A program made the position numbers and the translations under genes. DNA of 63,557 nucleotides, filler included, from Basidiobolus ranarum (Eukaryota), in the NCBI GenBank assembly GCA_040143965.1. It is 20 parts of 20 records of this genome, joined end to end, with 100 filler letters (N's around TTAATTAATTAA, not from the genome) between each part and the next. Parts side by side here need not be neighbours in the genome. Positions count along the whole stretch, not along the records: positions 35,078 to 38,157 come from JASJQH010002745.1; positions 38,258 to 41,337 come from JASJQH010002746.1; positions 41,438 to 44,516 come from JASJQH010002747.1; positions 44,617 to 47,695 come from JASJQH010002748.1; positions 47,796 to 50,870 come from JASJQH010002749.1; 15 more parts are not named here. One strand, written 5' to 3'. Under the pieces are notes generated by a model, which worked only from the letters and a program-made list of their open reading frames with translations, ran no database searches and had not been told where the DNA came from. This document shows positions 36,561 through 49,157 of this stretch, in pieces. Position 1 is the stretch's first letter. The number at the start of each line of letters is the position of its first letter.

Positions 36561-37049
36561 ATATATATTCTTCACCCTATCTAAAGGCTAAAGATACAAA
36601 AGTAAGACAATGGCTTGAAGGATTTCCAAGAAAATAGTATTTCTGATGCTAAAACTACCTAGAATTTATAATACTACAAGGGTAGTCATAACTCTTATTG
36701 ATTCTTTGACTTGAAGCCCTAAGAAAAAAGATAGAGATATTCAAGGTTGGCAAAGGCTTTGATCAAGAATGAAATGTATTCTATATTTGTGGAAGTCATA
36801 AAATCACAATACATTCTCAACAACAAACTTCTACCATCAAGTCTAGTCATTTGCATTAGGTCTGTTAATTATTATACCAAGAGACAGGATAGAATATCAA
36901 GAATAAGAAAGGTTAAAGAATCTGGTGCAGTCTTGATAAGTGCTAAGCCTAGAAGCTTTTTACCCAGTGAGAATGGTTGCTTAAAACAAGATAGCACTTA
37001 TATTTTATAATGTGAATGGGTAGATTGACATCAAATCAACCACAAATTC

Positions 37050-38157
37050 CCCAGTACTAAAGATGGGGCTTTGAAGCTTTGAACATAGCAGCATGTAATA
37101 CTGCCACAGCTTGCTGGCTAATTAGAACAGAATCAGCTATTAGAATTATTAGTTTGTACCAATTTGGGAGCTTCTTGAGGTTCCAAATCACTGTGTTCTT
37201 GATATAAGACTTATTCCATTGGACCAGGTCAGATTGTGCCGCTTGATCCAGCCTGCTAGTACACCATCTGGCGCAATCTGTCAATTACCATGGCTGGGTC
37301 CTATAACACTTGATTGGACACTATAAGGAACAATATGGCACTATCCCACCACAATTGGACATGATGATTTTATTGGAGATATTGTGCCAGCCCATACCAA
37401 GTTACCTGATTTAGTATTGCCGAATTACAATTTTGGGTAACTGACAAAGTAAGTTCATCCCCCAGTTTGCAACTTACAAATTACTGAATGTGTAACAATA
37501 AACAATTTATACTGTAACTTACCCAATCAAATGTATAACCAAGATATTCACATGTTTTTTGGCCAATCATTTGTCCCTCACTAACACAGTATCCTGATTT
37601 TCAATTGGGCACAACAGCTCCTGCATTACAAAACACCAGTAGTTTTGGCACACCGGTGACAAATCACAGCACTCAATGATGGATCAATCTGCAGTATGAT
37701 AGTAGTGATCAGGATCGCTTGATTCATCATTTTTAGATCAGCAAATTATTTATTCAATCATGTAAGCTTCTAATTGGGTGAAAATGTGAACGGATTGAGC
37801 CATATCGAGCCAATACGGCTGCTCAAGCTTTTTATTGACAGACATTTTTCATTTGATTGTAGTGAAATTGCTTGTATTAATAGGCTATCATTGATTTTTT
37901 TGATATATGACGATTTCACGCTATCAGTGTTTCATAAACACATAGGCGATCGTGATCTAACTAAAGCGATTTATGCTATATTTAACTGCGATCCATATCG
38001 ATTTTGCATGATGCGCTAAACAGTAAAGATAGGATAATGTAAGTATTAACAAGAGTATTCAGCAGTTGCCTAGGTTTGAAGCAGTACATGCTGATTTGCT
38101 TCTGTTACTTTTGTTGTCTCCTTGATATTTCCACGGAAGGAACTTTGCTTGAACCTC
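37050..38157 (-). mobile_element. Family B segment (least CpG-decayed copy)
   Basis: Aligns with 1-660 and 59528-60177, and keeps CpGs that those copies have lost. Confidence 0.75.
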
Positions 38158-39658
38158 NNNNNNNNNNNNNNNNNNNNNNNNNNNNNNNNNNNNNNNNNNN
38201 NTTAATTAATTAANNNNNNNNNNNNNNNNNNNNNNNNNNNNNNNNNNNNNNNNNNNNGCGGGGTCGTGGTTGACGTCCTACTTAATGATCCACTACACTG
38301 CCCAACTCAATATCATTTGGTGGGTGTGGATGAGCATCCGTTGGTAGCAAGATCAACAATCGCGACAGACACAGAAACTAGACATGAGATTCACCACGTC
38401 ACCTACTGTACTGGAACTAGCAAGCTGAAAGACCAATGACTTCAGAACAATCAATGCGTGGACTCCAGAAGGCTCCCACAGCAGGGCATGATCCCGCTCT
38501 CTCAGACATTAAAGATAGAATCCATCCGTCTCCTGAAATCTCTGCATAACCATCATTGTCCCCGTTTTTAGTGAAGTCTAAATGAATCAAGAACTTGGCG
38601 GGGGAAATAGATGAGTCATTAAAGGCGAACTGCAGAGTGAAGACTGGTTGGAATGATGCAACCCAATCGACTCAGGTTTCTACTTGGAAATTATCGACAT
38701 TACGATCTAATTATCCGGAATATTGAAATTCTACATAATCTGGTTAAATTACTCAGGTCCAGATCAGAGCATGCAGTCTCTCAACATTAACTACGTCATA
38801 GCAGCTCCAAAAACCATGATCAGTTGATTGCCTCACACAAGATACTACCAGTCACATCTGTTCAAATGTTGATCCCTCTATCCTTATTGATAGAGTTATA
38901 TTCACATACAGTACAATGTATAAAGGTTAAGCTATTTCAAAGATAGCATGCAAAGTCCAACACACATCCAGTCCAAGGTCAAAAGCCACAAGATGAGAGG
39001 ACACTAGGGAGAGGTAGGCTCTATATAATAGTATACGAGGAGTCCCTCGAGCATTCCATGGCCAGATGCAGAACAGCATGCGTTGAGATTTTAGGATTAG
39101 AAACTATCTTTAAGAGCTCAAAACTCTTACACAGAATAGGTAACTGCTGTTACTATGTTAAAAATTGATCATCAAAATTAGAGTCAGTTGGAGTGATGAG
39201 GTTCGGGTTGAGTAGAATAGATACAAAAACTAGGTCTGACAGCTAGTCTATTTGAAATGATACTCCTCTTACAGAATAAGTCAGTATACTGTTAGTAGTG
39301 TTGATTTCAAACAACTTGAAGTACATACTGAAGCTAGAAGCTTGCTGATAACAAATCTTCACTCCTATTGAAGTGGCTGATGTTGAGTTGGTGACACTTT
39401 GACACCCTCAATTCAGGGAAATCAAATACCTAACGATCACGATAAATAAATATTCCAGAAAATTCACGGAGTTTCATTTTCCATCATCATAGGAATTACG
39501 CTAGTTTGAGCTGAAATGAATCCATACTAGATTGAGCTTCATATGCTAATGGAAGATACGGGGCTTTATTGAAATGTATTAACTAAACCTTCTTTAGATT
39601 AAAGAACTTGCCAGTGAATACAGTCAGGCTTCCAACGAGCAAATCATGTGAATGGAAT

Positions 39659-40402
39659 TTAGTTGCTCTTCTTACTATTGCGGCGGTCACAGAGCGAGGC
39701 GTTCTGATAAAGAGCAGCCCATGAGTGTGTCAGCATATATGTTGGAATGAACACCCAGATGCAGTTCATAGTAACAAAGTAAAACCAATAATAGAGAGGG
39801 TGTGGATCGGAATGGGGGCTTCCTAAGAAAAAAGTGGTAGCAAAGTAAAGAATGACTCCATACAATTGACAGATGGAAAGAGACAATAGACCAATATGGC
39901 GACCTGGTGATTTGGTATAAAAAGCATAGGCTGAGTAAAATGCCAAAGGGCCATCAATGTACTAAGAATATAATTAGTAATGGTAGAGCGTTGGCTAAAC
40001 CTGGATCTCTACAGAATCATTGCTTGATATACATACCGTGGTGATTCGCTCCATACTCAACATAAAAGAGTCACTGCTAAGATACCGAGAGTCCCCCTTG
40101 GAGTATTCCTTCCAAACTTGGGCTAAAATAGACTGATCCCCGGCAAGAGAGGCATAATTTAAAACGTAATAACCCTCGAGACCAACGTGGATAACTCCCG
40201 AGAGCATGCACCACATGTATATCAAGCGGTCTCGCTGATTGACACTTTTATTTCGAAGCACAAACATCGCAGCAGTCAACAGGATCACTCCAAAGGATCC
40301 AAAAACTACGGTCAGGATGTATCCTGTTCCATGAGAATTAGGGATGTAGTGCGGTAGAGAGAGGTCTATTGGAAAATATGGATGACTATAGTTAGTGGCC
40401 AT
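39659..40402 (-). CDS. EBP: Emopamil-binding protein (EBP/EXPERA) sterol delta8-delta7 isomerase, complete
   Basis: HPYFP N-terminus, IHVGLEG, WKEYSKGDSRY, ME.IT...GPL, QLYG.ILYF and YYWFYFV.MN.IW..IP. Intron 39962-40036; C-terminal KKSN ER-retrieval signal. Confidence 0.92.
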
Positions 40403-41243
40403 ATTGATTGGTAACCAGAGAACACCTAGCTTTATGTGTATACTTGGCTGTTATTATGCTCACTATTTATATTGAAGCGGCCTCATCGCATAGTAAAGCT
40501 TGGCACTTACCAATAGAAAAATATTACAGTGGACAATCCTGTTAATCCGGATAGGACTAACATCTTTTTCCACAAATACACGCTATGCTATCACTTCTAG
40601 AAATTTACCGTCTCCATAAATTTCACTCGTTACAGCTATAAAACCACCACTGGCGACAGTGTATTCTAGCAGTAATTGAACAGTCAGTAGGAATGATGTG
40701 AGCAGACATGATGAAATGAAGCCTCTGTTGCAATCAAAAGAAAAGCGATAAAAAGTCAGCCAAGTGTAAGGCCTTGGGGCCATCCTATTGAAGCTTATTA
40801 ACTTCATCAAACCTGCTATAACAATCCCTATACACTAAACTGATTCGCATATGATATCTGGTCTAGGTAATATTTACGAGTCATATCATGTAGGTCAAAA
40901 TCAGATTATGGCTGTAGGATATATAAGAGTCATCTCCAAATAAGCAACGGTTATCTTTTTCGGTAGTCTAAATTAGCCTCACAATGGATTATTTTGAAGC
41001 ACTGATGTTCTCTTCATAGCTACCCGTTTTGTCTTTGGAGGAAAGAAACGCACAAACATGGGTAAACCATATTCAGTAATATCTTGATCTATATACAGTG
41101 ATATGGAAGATAATGTTTTCCTGGCAACTTTGGTAATAGGTGCTTAGAATATTTTTGATATGTCTGGTGAAATAGCCAATGCTGGAAGTTGTAAAAGTAG
41201 TACTTAGTTGCTAGGTTTGAAAGTATTGAGGCAACCTACTTCG

Positions 41244-41337
41244 TGTTGAAATTAGTATTGCCTAAACACCTATATAGTCATATATAGCTTAGTACTTGGT
41301 TATCTTATAATTCACTAAGATATTATCAATTATTCTC
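41244..41337 (+). mobile_element. Copia LTR family A, partial
   Basis: Starts TGTTGAAATTAGTATTGCCTAAACACC. Confidence 0.8.
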
Positions 41338-43190
41338 NNNNNNNNNNNNNNNNNNNNNNNNNNNNNNNNNNNNNNNNNNNNTTAATTAATTAANNNNNNN
41401 NNNNNNNNNNNNNNNNNNNNNNNNNNNNNNNNNNNNNCTTTTGGAGGGTGGATCTGATCCAGATCAAATCAATTTTATTTTTGTTAGGGTGATGTTGAGT
41501 AAAGATTAACTTTCCAACACTCCCTTAACACATTCTACACACTTGTTTGTTTATATTTTAACAAAACTATAAATGTCAACTTTCTAATCAATAAATCAAC
41601 TAGTGAAAACCTCCAATTCCTCTAAATCTCCAAACTGCTTCCAACAGGCTCCCAAACACTTTAACAGTATCAAATTAGCCAGAAATTCCATGTTTCATAT
41701 GAGAATCAAACATACAGATTTTAGATATCACTGCATTAGAGAGACTATAGAGAATAAGCTTATAGAATTAACTTAGTGCTCTACAGAAGACATGAATGCT
41801 GATATGTTCACTGAGCCATTAGGTAGACAGAAATTTAAGAAATTTAGACCTTCCTTAGGATTAGTTTATGTGACTACTTAGTTGATGGAGAGTGTTGAAA
41901 TTAGAATTACCTATATGTCTATTTAGCCATAAATAGCTTAGTACTTATTTATCTTATATTTCACTACAAAATTACCCACAATTTTCATTCAGAATTTACT
42001 TAGAGTATTTTACCAAGTTCAAAGTTTTCAGATACACAGATTTTCAAACTTGCACTAGAGGCCCCAAGCTTTGCACATATACTCCTGGGACCTTTTATTA
42101 ATGCATTTTACATGTCAGTTTGTCTATGTCATGGCAATACTATAAATGTCAACTCTCTACTAAATAAATCAATAAGTGGAAACCACCAATTTCTCTAATT
42201 CTCCAAAAGACTTCTGACAGGCTCCCAAATATTATAACAATGTTCCTGTTTAGAATATAGTGGCTATAGATATGCAGCTTTCTGTTTCTCTTATATGTTT
42301 CATAACTAAAGTCAACTAAGATACTGATTAAAGATTAATTATCCAATGTTATCACATAGTTGCAATGTTATGAATGAATGATTTTTTATCTATGAATGCT
42401 ATGTACCTAAATAGCCTGGCTCAACTAAACATATGAAAAATGTAATACAGTAAATCATTGATTAGATATTATTATATCAGCTCATTCTTTCAATATTCCT
42501 GTTATATGCCTATATTAGATATAACAATATGATTCTTTTTAAAGTAGTTGGGAGCCTTTTGGAAGTGATTCGGAGAATTAGAGAGATTGGTGGTTTTGAC
42601 TTGTTGATATATTTGTTGAAATTAACATCACCTAAATACCTATATGGTCATATATAGCTTAGTACTTAGATATCTTATAGTTCACTAAGATATTATCCAT
42701 TATTCTCAACTGGAGTTTACTTAGAAGTACTCAGATATATAGCTGTTAAAGTATTTGGGAGCCTGTTGGAAGTGGTTTGGAGAATTAGAGGAATTGGTGG
42801 TTTTCACTTATTGATTTATTGAGTAGAAAGTTGACATTTATAGTTTTGTCAAGATGTAAACAAACTAATGTATAGAATATGTTAAGGAAGGTCCCAGGAA
42901 CATGTGTGCAAAGTTTGGGGCTTCTAGCACAAGTTTGAAAAATCTATATATCTGAGAATTTCTAAGTTGGTAAGAATATTCTAGGTAAATTCCAATTGAG
43001 AATAATTGATAATATCTTAGTGAATTATGGGATAACTAAGTACTAAGCTATATATGACTATATAGGTGTTTAGGCAATGCTAATTTTGACAATAGCTTTT
43101 TCAAAGAAGCCCCAAACTTTGCACATATGTTCCTGGGACCTTCCTTAACACATTCTGTAAGTTAGTTTGCTTGCATGTTGACAGAACTAT

Positions 43191-43391
43191 CCCTAACAAA
43201 AAAATTTTAGATTGGCATTTCATACTATTTTCTTACTGTATTATGATGGTATTATGCTGGTACTGCAATCATTTTCTTGTGGTTTCTCTACCAGTCTTCT
43301 TTTCCTCCCATTTTCTATTGGTATTCCTATCCCTATATTTGTATTTTCTCTGGTTTTCCTCTGGTATTCATTCCCAGATTTTTCATAAGGT
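43191..43391. mobile_element. ~201-bp CMC-type MITE inserted in an LTR-A
   Basis: Interrupts the LTR motif ACTATAAAT with a 2-bp AT duplication. Imperfect TIRs: CCCTAACAAAAAAAT / ATTTTTCATAAGGT. Confidence 0.65.
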
Positions 43392-43887
43392 ATAAATATC
43401 AACTTTCTACTCAATCAATCAAGAAGTGAAAACCACCAATTTCTCTAACTCTTCAAACCACTTCCAACAGGCTCTCTGTCATGATTCTGATCTTGGCATA
43501 CTGATCCACTGCAAATAGAACTCTTTTATTATTAGATAATGACATAATATCTGCTGTGCCATCTCTTCTTGGCAATCTTGTGCTAGTTCATCCAGGTTAC
43601 CTTATATGGAAGTCATGTTCTTTGGAACATTCCATGACACTTAACCAATCATGTAAACCCACACATAGTGTATTTCTGCCAAGACCTTCCATGGAAGGTT
43701 ACCTGATCATCCTTACATCATCCCTCTTTGTATTGGTCCTTATAGTCCCCAACACTCCAACACTTGAACTTGCCACAGTATATTCCCTATTCAGTATATT
43801 ATGTTTCACCCTGCAATATCTATATAAGCCCCATGTATTCCTTGATCAGACTGAGGTCTGATCAATGCCAGTTATCAATGAAGATTC

Positions 43888-44197
43888 TGTTGAACAATTA
43901 ATCCTTATTCACCATCATAGTTAACTTTAGTTATGATACATATATCAGAAACAGAAAGCAACACATCTATAGCCTCTATGTTCTAAATAGGAATATCTCA
44001 ATATCTATATAATAAGTATGACTTATTACCCCCACTTATCTATTATATCCTATTTGCCGAATATCTGAAACAATTGATTTACTGTTCTACTATATAAGTC
44101 ACCATATACTCTTAAGAATAAAGTAACTAAAAACACACTATCATAAGTTGCTTCTAATACTCAAAGTCTACCCCAATTATGTCAAGATCCTTCAACA
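43888..44197 (+). mobile_element. Copia LTR family C, solo copy
   Basis: TGTTG...CAACA ends; aligns with the reverse complement of 33980-34294. Confidence 0.85.
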
Positions 44198-44616
44198 TGG
44201 TAGCAGCAAGTAAATTAAAGTCTTTTTCCCAAAAGGAGATTACTAATATTCCAACATTCAATGAGGAAGATTCCCATGATGGAAATTCTGTTGAAGTATT
44301 TGGGAGCCTGTTGGAAGTGGCTTGGAGAATTAGAGGAATTGGTGGTTTTCACTTATTGATTTATTGAGTAGAAAGTTGACATTTATAGTTTTGTCAAGAT
44401 GTAAGCAAACTAATGTATAGAATATGTTAAGGAAGGTCCCAGGAACATGTGTGCAAAGTTTGGGGCTTCTAGCACAAGTTTGAAAAATCTATATATCTGA
44501 GAATTTCTAAGTTGGTNNNNNNNNNNNNNNNNNNNNNNNNNNNNNNNNNNNNNNNNNNNNTTAATTAATTAANNNNNNNNNNNNNNNNNNNNNNNNNNNN
44601 NNNNNNNNNNNNNNNN

Positions 44617-45385
44617 AATTTGCTTCCTTTATAGAACAAGCTGAGAAGCCCTCCCTTGCCTACAAGGAATACTTGGTGGACCTTTGGCAGCAATATCTTC
44701 AGAAACACACTCCCTTTATGCTTTATGCTGATCCTAGTCTCATTCCACTAATTTCCATTGTTGACAAACCATTTTTACCTTTGTTACTCCCCCCCACTCC
44801 ACTCAATAGTGTCTTAGACTCTACTGACTTAAATTTTCTACTTTGCAACATTCATGCCAATACTCCTGATCTCCATACATTAGTAAAGAAACTACAAAAG
44901 TAGTTATGGCTTCTTTGTTTTGTTTGAAATAAAGATTTCACCTGTGGGTGACTGTCTCCCCCTAACCCTAAATTATTAGCATGAGATACATAAATCAACA
45001 CACTCCTAAGATTATACTTGAAAAGAGTATTGTCTCAAAATTCTCTGAGGAAGTACATGATAGGCTTGATTGGGAGCCAATTGATTATTGCTTCCAAGAA
45101 AGTACTGGTACACCACTTTATGTTCCCTTTTGTTTAAAGGATACTCTGCTTAAAAGATTTGCTTCACTTCTAAAAAATTCCCCTCTCCACTTAATACATT
45201 ATTTTTGAAAGACTTCTACATTTCCCAAGCCAAGGTGCTGCATCCCCACACTTTGATTTTGTATAATGAGATTTTGGAAGTTGCCCTAAACAGGTCTTGG
45301 TTAGCTTGACCTTTGACAGTTACTTTCATCTTGGCTTCTTTATTTATTTGTGTAGTATGACTTGAGATAAATAAAGATTACACCT
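44617..45385 (+). mobile_element. Two head-to-tail 3' fragments of the ORF1-only element family
   Basis: 44972-45208 aligns without gaps to the 269-aa ORF C-terminus (RFASLLKNSP vs RFTSLLKNSP). The shared 3' motif AATAAAGATTWCACCT occurs at 44928 and 45370. Confidence 0.6.
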
Positions 45386-45663
45386 AAGAGTAAGCACGCA
45401 AACTGTGATGAAGAGCTATATTGGAAATTATTGGCAAAATAAAATATCATCAAAGAAATTGCGCTACCTTGAAATGATCTAAGAATTAAGAACCACGAGA
45501 GCTGCTACGAGATAATTGCTACGAGATAAAATGGCAACTGTTGGCTAACCCTAACCCTACCATGTTTCTGCTTACATCACTCTACTCAAACATGATGATT
45601 TATTAACTAAGGTATATGCTCTACAGTATATGCTCTACAGTGGGTATTTTAGATTGTTCCGGC

Positions 45664-46170
45664 TTATGAAGAACTTTTGTTGGTTTCTTGAAATTTCGGA
45701 GACCTTTTTCTGGAAGTAATAGCTCTTCCAAATTCTTGTGTCCAATAGCTGCCACGAGGATCGTATGCCATACCAATTTGCGTGAATATTGGGTTCAAGA
45801 TATTCTTACGATGTGCAGGTGAGTTCATCCAAGCAATCATGACCGAGATCTCATCACCAAATCCAGCCGCTACATTTTCTCCAACATTGGTCCACATGTA
45901 TCCAGTCTCATCAATTCGTTGCCCTAGTGATCTGTTGGGTTCATCATGGGTCATTTTTTGAATGGCCACTTGGTAGAGAGTGTGCCTTTCAGCGGCCATG
46001 GTAAGTCTGGGGTCAATAGTCAGGCCTGGGGCATCCACCCTCTGACGCTCTTGATTCACCAATGCGAGAAGCTTGTTAGCATCGAAAGAGAGAACAACCT
46101 CAGCGAATACGACCATGAGGAAACTGAAATAAAAGATGGAGAAGTTCATGGCTGTAAATTTCAATGACAA
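45664..46170 (-). CDS. Secreted CAP/SCP domain protein (YkwD-like, cysteine-free)
   Basis: Signal peptide, LVNQER, GENVAAG, WMNSPAHRKNIL and YWTQEFG; intronless. Confidence 0.9.
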   Translation of the reverse strand: MSLKFTAMNFSIFYFSFLMVVFAEVVLSFDANKLLALVNQERQRVDAPGLTIDPRLTMAAERHTLYQVAIQKMTHDEPNRSLGQRIDETGYMWTNVGENVAAGFGDEISVMIAWMNSPAHRKNILNPIFTQIGMAYDPRGSYWTQEFGRAITSRKRSPKFQETNKSSS

Positions 46171-47905
46171 CTCTCAGTACTCTTCACCTGTTTATATACC
46201 TCTCTATGTTGCCAACCTCACCAATGACGATGAAATGAAATAGTCGAAGGAACGAACCAAGCTCTTGAACTAATCAACTTCAATCGTCTCTTGGAAGAGC
46301 CGAATCAATTCATTCTGGTCATTATGTCTAGCCAATCCATTCAAACTAAAACAGTAGAATGACAATTCAAGTGGCTAGTTAAATTTCAACTCTTTGGAAT
46401 TCCGTTTATTGATGTAGAACTTAGAACTCTCTAGTCACTGTTAACAATCGTCTCAATTGTTGTATACAGCCCACCTTCCATATGTAAGTAATATTATATA
46501 TGATTGTATAGTATAGGTAACTTTGAGGTTTTAGAAATCTGGAGTAACTTCAGATCATTCGAAAGGTCTCACTAGTAAGACCAAATACAATAGTTGTAAG
46601 CAAATTGTCCAAATAAAAAAAGGGATTGTAGTTGCCATATTAAGTGGAATCCAATCAAATAAGGAATCAACATTTCCTAACATGGAATAAACTAAAGTTA
46701 ACTTGTGACATTTAGTACGACTAATAGGGAAATGATACAGATCAATGATTTATACACACCTAAGCCGCGAATTAGCCCTTAGCCTAAGCTACATCGGTAA
46801 CTTGCCATCTGGCTGTATTCTGGTGACCAGGGCGGTAGTTACAATGATGTCGATATAGGTGGTAGTGTTACCAACAACTAAGGTAGTGCTGGCCATGATA
46901 GCTACCACGAATCGTATGACGTGAGGGGAGTAGACGCAGTAAAACCTATCGCTTTGGCTGAAAGAGATTCTGATGGGGACAGTAGATCAAGTTGTAGCCA
47001 AAATAACTGAAAGAATTGGGAATATGTTAACGTTCTAGTCAGTAAGTACGTAAAGATTGTATACACTCCGTCAATGAGATCGAGTATAGGAAAAAATGTA
47101 GTCATATAGGCGATCGCCGTGAAGAAAGTCACCCGCCGTGATAGTGTTGGTAAAAAGTATGACTCAATATGGGAAAGGGGGAAATGGAAGTAATAGTAGG
47201 AACAAAAAAGGTGTACTTCTCTTTCAATAGAAGACAGCTTGTGGCCCCCAGCCAATGCGACAGATTTCTCAGTCATACATATAGTTCGTATGTTAAATGA
47301 ACCTCTCTCCAACACTGCTGTTTTAAGCAGGTGTCTCATCGCAACCAAATTAAAGTTTGTCCTCGTTTATCCAATTCTTTAGGGTTAGGTACCGATGTTA
47401 ATCTATTTTCTGTACTCTATTTGCTGTAGCCGCAACGTTTGTTGTCATTACTTGACAATCCTCGGCAATGATTTGTATAGGTCCAGCGGACTATATTGAT
47501 GATCGCTTATTATCAAAAGAGTAATAGTGATCGACCGGTAATCTCAGAGATGGATGAGGTCATTTCAAAATGAGACAGTGATACTGGGATAATGATAATG
47601 GGATAATAATTCCTGATATGAGAAAAGTAACAGCTATATCTCAAGAAAAACTATCGTTTGAGAAGTACAGTAAGTAATAAAAAGGAAAGAAAAGANNNNN
47701 NNNNNNNNNNNNNNNNNNNNNNNNNNNNNNNNNNNNNNNTTAATTAATTAANNNNNNNNNNNNNNNNNNNNNNNNNNNNNNNNNNNNNNNNNNNNAGATA
47801 TTCCTATTTAGAATATAGGGGCTATAGATACGTTGCTTTCTATTTCTGATATATGTATCATAACTAAAGTTAACTATGATGTTGAATAAAGATTAATTAT
47901 CCAAC

Positions 47906-49157
47906 AAAATACAACTCTAATGGCAATATAGAAAGGCACAAAGCTGGATTAGTAGCCAAAGAATATTCCCAAACACCAGGAATAGATTATGCAGAAACTT
48001 TTCCTCCTATAGCAAAGTTTAATTCAAATAGATTGATTTATGCAATTTCAACTAAATATTAGTTTGTAATAGATCAAATGGATGTCAAAACTGCTTTTTG
48101 AATTGTGAGCTTGCAGAGAAGATCTATATAGACCAGCCAGGTGAATTGGTAGACCTGTAAAACCCTAAAAAAGTTTGCAAACTCTGGAAAACGTTCTATG
48201 TCTTAAAGCATTCTCCATGAGCTTAGATTGCCAGATAGCGGCTTTTTTGGAAACACTCAAATTTCAAAGAGTGATGCTGACCATAGTATCTACTTCAGGC
48301 CAGTTAAGACAAGTCCAGTTTTATTAGCCTTATATGTAGATAACCTATTATAGCAACCAATGACTTGAAGACTTTGGAGAAAACCAAATCCAGCTAATCA
48401 GCCAAATTCAAAATGACTGATCTTGGTGAACTGATGTACTAACTTGGAATCCAAATCAAAATAGATAAAGCTACCAAAGCAATAACTTTGAGCCAGTCTA
48501 TATATATTCTAGATACACCTAAAAAGCTTAAAATTGAAGAATGTAATCCAGTATCTGTTACAATATTGCAAGATGATTAAAATTGTATCAAATTAGCTAA
48601 AAATCCCACATTTCATAATAGAAGCAAACACATGGATATTGGACATCACTTCATTTGAGAGACTATAGAGAATAATCTTATTGACTTAACTTATTGTTCT
48701 ACAGAAGACATGATTACTGATATGTTGACCAAACCATTAGCTAGACACAAATTGGAGAAATTCAGACCTTCCTTAGGATTAGTTTATATGAATATATAGT
48801 TGAAGGAGAGTTTTGAAATTAGCATTGCCTAAACACCTATATAGTCATATATAGCTTAGTACTTAATTATCTTATATTTCACTAAGATGTTACCCATTAT
48901 CCTCAATTGGAATTTACTGAAACATTTTTACCAACTTAGAAGTTCTCAGGTATATAGATTTTTCAAACTTGTGCTAGAAGCCCCAAACTTTGCACACATG
49001 TTCCTGGGACCTTTCTTAACACATTCTACACATTAGTTTGTTTACATCTTGACAAAACTACAAATGTCAACTTTCTACTCAATAAATAAATAAATTAAAA
49101 CCATTAATTCTTCTAGTTCTCCATACCACTTGCAACAAACTCCCAAAACACTTCAAT
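47906..49157 (+). mobile_element. Copia RT-RNase H remnant with PPT and 3' LTR-A (~48811-49157); LTR-C fragment at 47796-47905
   Basis: RHKAGLVAKEYSQTPGIDYAETF, QMDVKTAF, LYVD and FHNRSKHMDI...DMLTKPL. Confidence 0.9.

Larger units (their letters stand above)
41438..44516. mobile_element. Dense nest of TEs: CMC terminus (41438-41489), Copia RNase H end + PPT + LTR-A (41668-42239), and several LTR-A/LTR-C pieces in both orientations
   Basis: RNase H end ARNSMFHMRIKH...MNADMFTEPL. The inner LTR-A at 42744-43091 is flanked by TSD ATAGC; another LTR-A starts at ~44289. Confidence 0.85.

Noticed and set aside
37855-37864. CACTACAATC (minus strand) as a classical CACTA terminus
   Set aside because: Homology with contig 19 continues beyond it (37970-38157 matches 59528-59712), so the motif is internal.
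46690-47348. 148-aa minus ORF as a gene
   Set aside because: No recognisable domain or consistent splice model.
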